From NCBI GenBank assembly GCA_963766075.1, contig CAVYAN010000049.1:1-64000 (forward strand): a stretch of DNA of 64,000 bases. Reading direction: 5' to 3'. The notes under the pieces are model-generated. The model ran no database searches, had not been told where the DNA came from, and was given only the letters and a program-made list of their open reading frames with translations. This DNA comes from an uncultured cyanobacterium (GTDB lineage: Bacteria > Cyanobacteriota > Cyanobacteriia > Leptolyngbyales > Leptolyngbyaceae). Both the position numbers and the translations under genes were made by a program. Below, one piece after another: positions 59,528 to 64,000 of this stretch (position 1 is the first letter of the stretch; every line of letters starts with the position of its first letter).

Positions 59528-59694
59528 CAATATGCATGCCCACGCTCTAGTCGTTGGGCAGAGGCTAGATGCCCTCATTATGATAGGTAAAACGAAAATC
59601 TATTATCCTCCAATCAGGTGGTTTCGGATCACATGATTGGAGGAGTTTTGCAGTATGCCCGCCGCGAAACGGATTGGCGAGGGTGGGGTGCGGG

Positions 59695-61872
59695 CTAAAC
59701 GGTGCGGTCTGCTGTTGCAGTTCGGTGGGGGGCAACCGCGAGGGGCACAAGGCGAACGGCGCAGGCTTTTAGCTCGGGCTGTTTAGAGTCAGGACAGGCG
59801 GCGGGGTGGGTGAGGGCATTGGCTTCGGCCTGGTCTGCCCACAGCGATCCCCAGTGCATCGGTACGAATACGGTGCCCGGGGCAATATTTTTCGTGATGC
59901 GGGCGGGAAAGCGGGCCAGACCCCGGCGCGATCGCACCTCGACCCAATCGCCCTCCTGGAGTTGGAGATTTCCAGCGTCACGGGGATGAATCTCAATGAA
60001 GGGCTGGGGATACATCTTGGTGATTTTGGGAATGCGTCCGGTGCGGGTTTGGGTATGCCAATGCCCATAGAGGCGACCCGTGGTCAGCACGAAGGGATAG
60101 TCCGGGTGGGGCGGCTCGGCTAAACCTCGGGAATGGTAAGCGCCGAACACGGCTCGACCGTCTGCGGTGTGGAAGCGGTGATCGGTGTAGAGACGGGCCT
60201 GTCCCTCTGTCCGCTGCTGGTCGAGTGGCCATTGTAAAGGTCCCTCTTGGGCCAGACGGGCGTGGCTGATACCCGACATATCGCAGGGGCGATCGCGGGT
60301 GAGTTGAACAAATTCGGCATGGACTTCGGCAGCGGTCTGAAACGGAAAAGCGTCCGCGAAGCCCAAGCGCCGCCCCACCTCAGCAAAAATGGCCCAATCT
60401 TCGCGGGCTTCGCCAAGGGGGGCTTGAAAGGCGGGGCAAAGGGTGACACGCCTTTCAGAGTTGGTCATGGTGCCAGTTTTTTCGCTCCACTGGGTGGCGG
60501 GAAGCAGCAGGTGGGCGTAGGCGGTGGTTTCGGTGGGGTAGTAGGCTTCTTGATATATGGTGAAGGGCGATTGCCCCAGGGCAGCTTTGGTCCTTTCTAA
60601 GTCGGGGAGGCTGACTAAGGGATTGGTGGCGGCGATCCAGAAGACGCCAACTTCACCCCGTTCTAGGGCTTCGATCATTTCCCAAACCGTGAGGCCGGGT
60701 GCGGGGGCGATACGTCCGGGGGGGAGATTCCAGGCGTGTTCGACTTCGGCCCGGTGTTGCGAGTTACTGACACTCCGATAGCCGGGAAGCAAGCCGGCCA
60801 ACCCACCCGCCTCTCGTCCACCCATGGCGTTGGGCTGGCCCGTGAGGGAAAAGGGTCCGGCACCGGGTTTGCCGATTTGTCCGGTCATGAGGTGCAGATT
60901 AATCAGGGTTCGGACTTTGGCGGTGCCTTCGCTGGATTGGTTGAGACCCATGGACCAGAGGGAAAGGACGCGCGGGGCCATACTCCAATATCGGGCGGCT
61001 TGTTCGAGATCGGCGGCAAGAATACCACAGCGGGCGGCGACCACATCCGGGGGATACTGCTGGGCGATCGCCTCAAAGTCGGCAAATCCGTTGGTGTGGT
61101 CGGCAATAAAGTGCTGATCAATCTTGCCCCACTTCAGGAGCAAATGGGCGATGCCATTCATCAGGTCAATGTCCGTACCGGGGCGAATGGCCAGATGCAG
61201 ATCGGCGACTTGGGCGGTCTCGGTGCAGCGCGGATCGACGACAATTAACTTAACGTGATCATGCCGTTTATGATGCTTGCGCAATCGATTAAACAGAATG
61301 GGATGACATTCGGCGGTATTGGAACCGATGATAAAGGCACAATCGGTTAAGTCTAGGTCTTCGTAACAGCAGGGAGGCCCATCGGAGCCGAAGCTACGGA
61401 TATATCCAGATACAGCCGATGACATGCACAGCCGTGAGTTCGCGTCAAAATTGTTGGTGCCCAAGCAGCCTTTCATGAGCTTTTGGGCGGTGTAGTAATC
61501 TTCCGTTACAAACTGCCCCGAGCCATAGAGGCAGATTCCATTGGCTCCTTGGGTATCCCGTACCGTGGTGATGCGCTGGACAATGACTGCAAAGGCTTCG
61601 TCCCAACTAATCCGGCGGAAGGGATCTTGCAGCGAGTCCCGCAGCATGGGATAAAGCAGTCGATCTTTGCCAATGGATTCAGCAATGGTGGCCCCTTTGA
61701 CACAGACCATGCCTTGACTGGAGGGATGGCTTCGATCGCCCCGCACTTGGCCAAGGGCGACGGGTTCTCCTCGAGGGATATCAGGGGTTCCCGGCTGCGC
61801 GCGCGCGGGAACTACCTCCAGTCCACAACCGACACCACAGTAGGGACAGAGGGTTTTTACTGCTTCGGTCAT
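59695..61872 (-). CDS. narB: Ferredoxin-nitrate reductase
   Basis: CPYCGVGCG...CVKG Fe-S motif, [23 protein letters not shown]...WHT.TRT and QPELKAC. Lies downstream of the nrt genes. Confidence 0.95.
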   Translation of the reverse strand: MTEAVKTLCPYCGVGCGLEVVPARAQPGTPDIPRGEPVALGQVRGDRSHPSSQGMVCVKGATIAESIGKDRLLYPMLRDSLQDPFRRISWDEAFAVIVQRITTVRDTQGANGICLYGSGQFVTEDYYTAQKLMKGCLGTNNFDANSRLCMSSAVSGYIRSFGSDGPPCCYEDLDLTDCAFIIGSNTAECHPILFNRLRKHHKRHDHVKLIVVDPRCTETAQVADLHLAIRPGTDIDLMNGIAHLLLKWGKIDQHFIADHTNGFADFEAIAQQYPPDVVAARCGILAADLEQAARYWSMAPRVLSLWSMGLNQSSEGTAKVRTLINLHLMTGQIGKPGAGPFSLTGQPNAMGGREAGGLAGLLPGYRSVSNSQHRAEVEHAWNLPPGRIAPAPGLTVWEMIEALERGEVGVFWIAATNPLVSLPDLERTKAALGQSPFTIYQEAYYPTETTAYAHLLLPATQWSEKTGTMTNSERRVTLCPAFQAPLGEAREDWAIFAEVGRRLGFADAFPFQTAAEVHAEFVQLTRDRPCDMSGISHARLAQEGPLQWPLDQQRTEGQARLYTDHRFHTADGRAVFGAYHSRGLAEPPHPDYPFVLTTGRLYGHWHTQTRTGRIPKITKMYPQPFIEIHPRDAGNLQLQEGDWVEVRSRRGLARFPARITKNIAPGTVFVPMHWGSLWADQAEANALTHPAACPDSKQPELKACAVRLVPLAVAPHRTATADRTV

Positions 61873-61983
61873 AACGCACTTCGCACCATCGTAAAACGAT
61901 TCTCTAAAAATTGGTTTCTCTAAACGTTTCCGGTTTCCGGTCAAGGACTCTAGGGGTGTATTCTAAAATTTTCTTTTGGCGAT

Positions 61984-62259
61984 TTAATCCGGTGGCGAAG
62001 ATTCCTTGACACGCAGTTGAAGACAGGCGATGCGCTGCACAGGAGTACTGCTGGGAGTACTGGGATGAATTTCTAAAACCGCATTGTATCCGGCGGTGAA
62101 TAGGTAGCGCTGTCGAGGAAATACGATGGCAGCAAAGGTGCCCTGGGGAATGTGACTAATCCGTAAAATTTGGGGGCGATCGCTGCTGTTGCTGTAGCAG
62201 CACAGGATGCGATCGTGACTGGATGTTGTCACCACTCTTGATGAAGTCGTTTGTGTCAT
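61984..62259 (-). CDS. DUF1830-like small cyanobacterial protein
   Basis: ILCCY.N.S...QILRI...F..IVFP.QRYLF.A...LEIH. Confidence 0.75.
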   Translation of the reverse strand: MTQTTSSRVVTTSSHDRILCCYSNSSDRPQILRISHIPQGTFAAIVFPRQRYLFTAGYNAVLEIHPSTPSSTPVQRIACLQLRVKESSPPD

Positions 62260-62615
62260 AGCCTTACCCGCAGAGTAACGAAAGGGAAGTGACCAAGAGA
62301 CGGGATGATGAGGACGTGTTTGCAGCAAAATAGGAGGCAGAATAGGGTCTTGAGATTATGGGGCGAGATTATTCGGTTGAGATTACGGGCTGGATGCGTG
62401 TATTCGCGATCGGAAATGGAGGCATCTCCAGTGACAAACCTGTGGGAAGGCAGACCCGATCAATTCAAAGCAACCAAAAGAAATTCAAACTCTGGGTAGA
62501 TTTTTGAAGGAATGACTCTTTTTTGAAGGAATGACTCTAGTGATGGACCTAAACGATGGACCTAAAGGACGGGCCTAAGCAATGGGCCTAGAAGCTTTAA
62601 GCGTGAGGCTCAGCC

Positions 62616-63452
62616 CTAATCTTCGTGGTGGGCATAGCGGCTAAACAAGAAGTCTAGGGCTTGGTTCCGCAACTGATAGTAGGCCGGGTTATCCAGTAGC
62701 AGCGCGCGGTTGCGGGGACGTTCAAAGGGGACTTCCATCACTTCGCCGATTTTGGCGGCGGGACCATTGGTCATCATCACGACTTTGTCGGCCAGGAATA
62801 GGGCTTCATCAATGTCGTGGGTGATCATCATGACGGTGACCCGATGTTCTGTCCAAATTTGCAGGAGTTCCTCTTGCAGTTCTTCTTTGGTGATAGCATC
62901 CAGCGCCCCAAAGGGTTCATCCAGAATCAGCACCTGGGGATAGATGGACAGTGCTCGAGCGATGGAGACGCGCTGTTTCATCCCGCCGGAGAGCTGACCG
63001 GGCTTTTTGTGAGCGGCTTCTTCTAGGCCGACCATTTTTAGGTGCGATTGCACAATTTCAACTTTCTCTTCCTTGGACTTTTCCGGATAGACGGAATTCA
63101 CCGCCAGGTAAACATTTTCAAAGGCAGTTTTCCAAGGCAGCAAGCAATAGTTTTGGAACACGACCATCCGCTCCGGTCCGGGCTTGGTCACCCGTTCGCC
63201 CGCTACATGAACCGACCCATTGGAAGGCGTATTGAAGCCGGAAATCATGTTCAGGAGCGTGGTTTTGCCACAACCGGAATGCCCGATCAGACAAATGAAT
63301 TCACCCTCGTTCACCTCTAGATTCACGCCATCTAGGACCGTGTAAGGACCGTTGGGAGTGGGGTAAATCTTGGAGACGTTATCAATGGAAAGAAAAGCTG
63401 GAGAAGCAGTCACGGCAGAAGTTGTGGAGGAGGGACTAGAAAGGGTCTGCAT
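62616..63452 (-). CDS. nrtD: Nitrate/nitrite ABC transporter ATP-binding subunit D
   Basis: GHSGCGKT, MVVFQNY, LSGGMKQR, LDEPFGALD and THDIDEA. Upstream of narB. Confidence 0.9.
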   Translation of the reverse strand: MQTLSSPSSTTSAVTASPAFLSIDNVSKIYPTPNGPYTVLDGVNLEVNEGEFICLIGHSGCGKTTLLNMISGFNTPSNGSVHVAGERVTKPGPERMVVFQNYCLLPWKTAFENVYLAVNSVYPEKSKEEKVEIVQSHLKMVGLEEAAHKKPGQLSGGMKQRVSIARALSIYPQVLILDEPFGALDAITKEELQEELLQIWTEHRVTVMMITHDIDEALFLADKVVMMTNGPAAKIGEVMEVPFERPRNRALLLDNPAYYQLRNQALDFLFSRYAHHED

Positions 63453-63522
63453 AAATCTACCAGAAGGTGAGGATCGAAACGCGTAACCCGAATTTGGTTC
63501 TAGAGGCAATTCCTAAGACAGG

Positions 63523-63564
63523 GATCGGCTCCCGCTCTCGGACACGAGGCCGCGGGAGCCGATC
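63523..63564. promoter_or_regulatory. 13-bp GC-rich stem-loop between nrtC and nrtD
   Basis: GATCGGCTCCCGC (63523-63535) and GCGGGAGCCGATC (63552-63564), starting 5 nt past the nrtC stop. Confidence 0.55.
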
Positions 63565-63569
63565 GCGGT

Positions 63570-64000
63570 TTACGGTGATGTCGGAATGGGCAGATCAAAA
63601 TTGACTTCTTCGATGGTGATATCACCATGGAGATCAAAGCTGTTCAGATAGGCCAAGGGGTCGTCGGGATTAAATACCACCCCATCAAACAAGGCAAAGG
63701 GGCCACGGCTGGGTTCAGTGTCGGGCAGTTCTAGGGCACGGGCGGCGGCTCCATACAGATCAACGCGGCGGGTTTGCTCCAAAACTTCGATCCAGTTGCG
63801 GGGGAAGGAGGTCATGCCCCAGCGAGCAAGCTGAGTCAGAATCCATAGCCCTTCGGCGCGGCTGGGGAAGTTGGACTGATCGACATAGAATTGGTTAAAC
63901 CGCAACGGTGTCGAGGCGGGTTCATCCGTGCCGCGATCGTAGGGATCGATAAATCCGGGCAGGATATACTCCAGATTGGTGCCAATGTATTCCGGTTTAG
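63570..64000 (-). CDS. nrtC: C-terminal part of nitrate ABC transporter ATP-binding/regulatory subunit C (5' part outside the window)
   Basis: NrtA-like C-terminal domain (LWILTQLARWG, LFDGVVFNPDDP..YL) immediately upstream of nrtD. Confidence 0.8.
   Translation of the reverse strand, partial: KPEYIGTNLEYILPGFIDPYDRGTDEPASTPLRFNQFYVDQSNFPSRAEGLWILTQLARWGMTSFPRNWIEVLEQTRRVDLYGAAARALELPDTEPSRGPFALFDGVVFNPDDPLAYLNSFDLHGDITIEEVNFDLPIPTSP

Overview
Cyanobacterial chromosomal window: the HIP1 octamer GCGATCGC occurs throughout, and labA, pex and nrtCD-narB are present. Positions 1-49.8 kb are mostly core and signalling genes: two CHASE2 signalling proteins, an ArsS-type radical SAM enzyme, a ManS-like kinase, rnhA, labA, pilB-pilT-pilC divergent from grpE-dnaK-dnaJ-tusA-rsgA, fabG, a large Ser/Thr kinase-AAA-GAF-PAS-His kinase hybrid, a Na+/H+ antiporter, argD, lysC, clpP and tamB. 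Several conserved genes carry single-base frameshifts, some in homopolymers, which suggests an error-prone long-read assembly. The accessory block at about 49.9-58.9 kb is the most interesting part. It contains (1) a small Bell-like helical gene with a Q/N-rich amyloid-like tail, separated by one in-frame TGA from an NB-ARC/TPR (NLR-like) frame that has no obvious start codon, a candidate stop-readthrough effector/receptor locus; (2) nested inverted repeats upstream of it, with a TTA-flanked MITE inserted in a covarying REP-like doublet inside a further 44-bp inverted repeat; (3) a 21-nt-phased degenerate array upstream of a divergent helical hypothetical gene; and (4) a solo HicB, a multi-repeat PGRP-type amidase and a DUF6765-like protein. 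The window ends with pex (14-bp x5 repeat upstream), narB, a DUF1830 gene, nrtD and part of nrtC. No rRNA, tRNA, CRISPR array or transposase was recognised. All family assignments come from motif recognition by eye, not from database searches.
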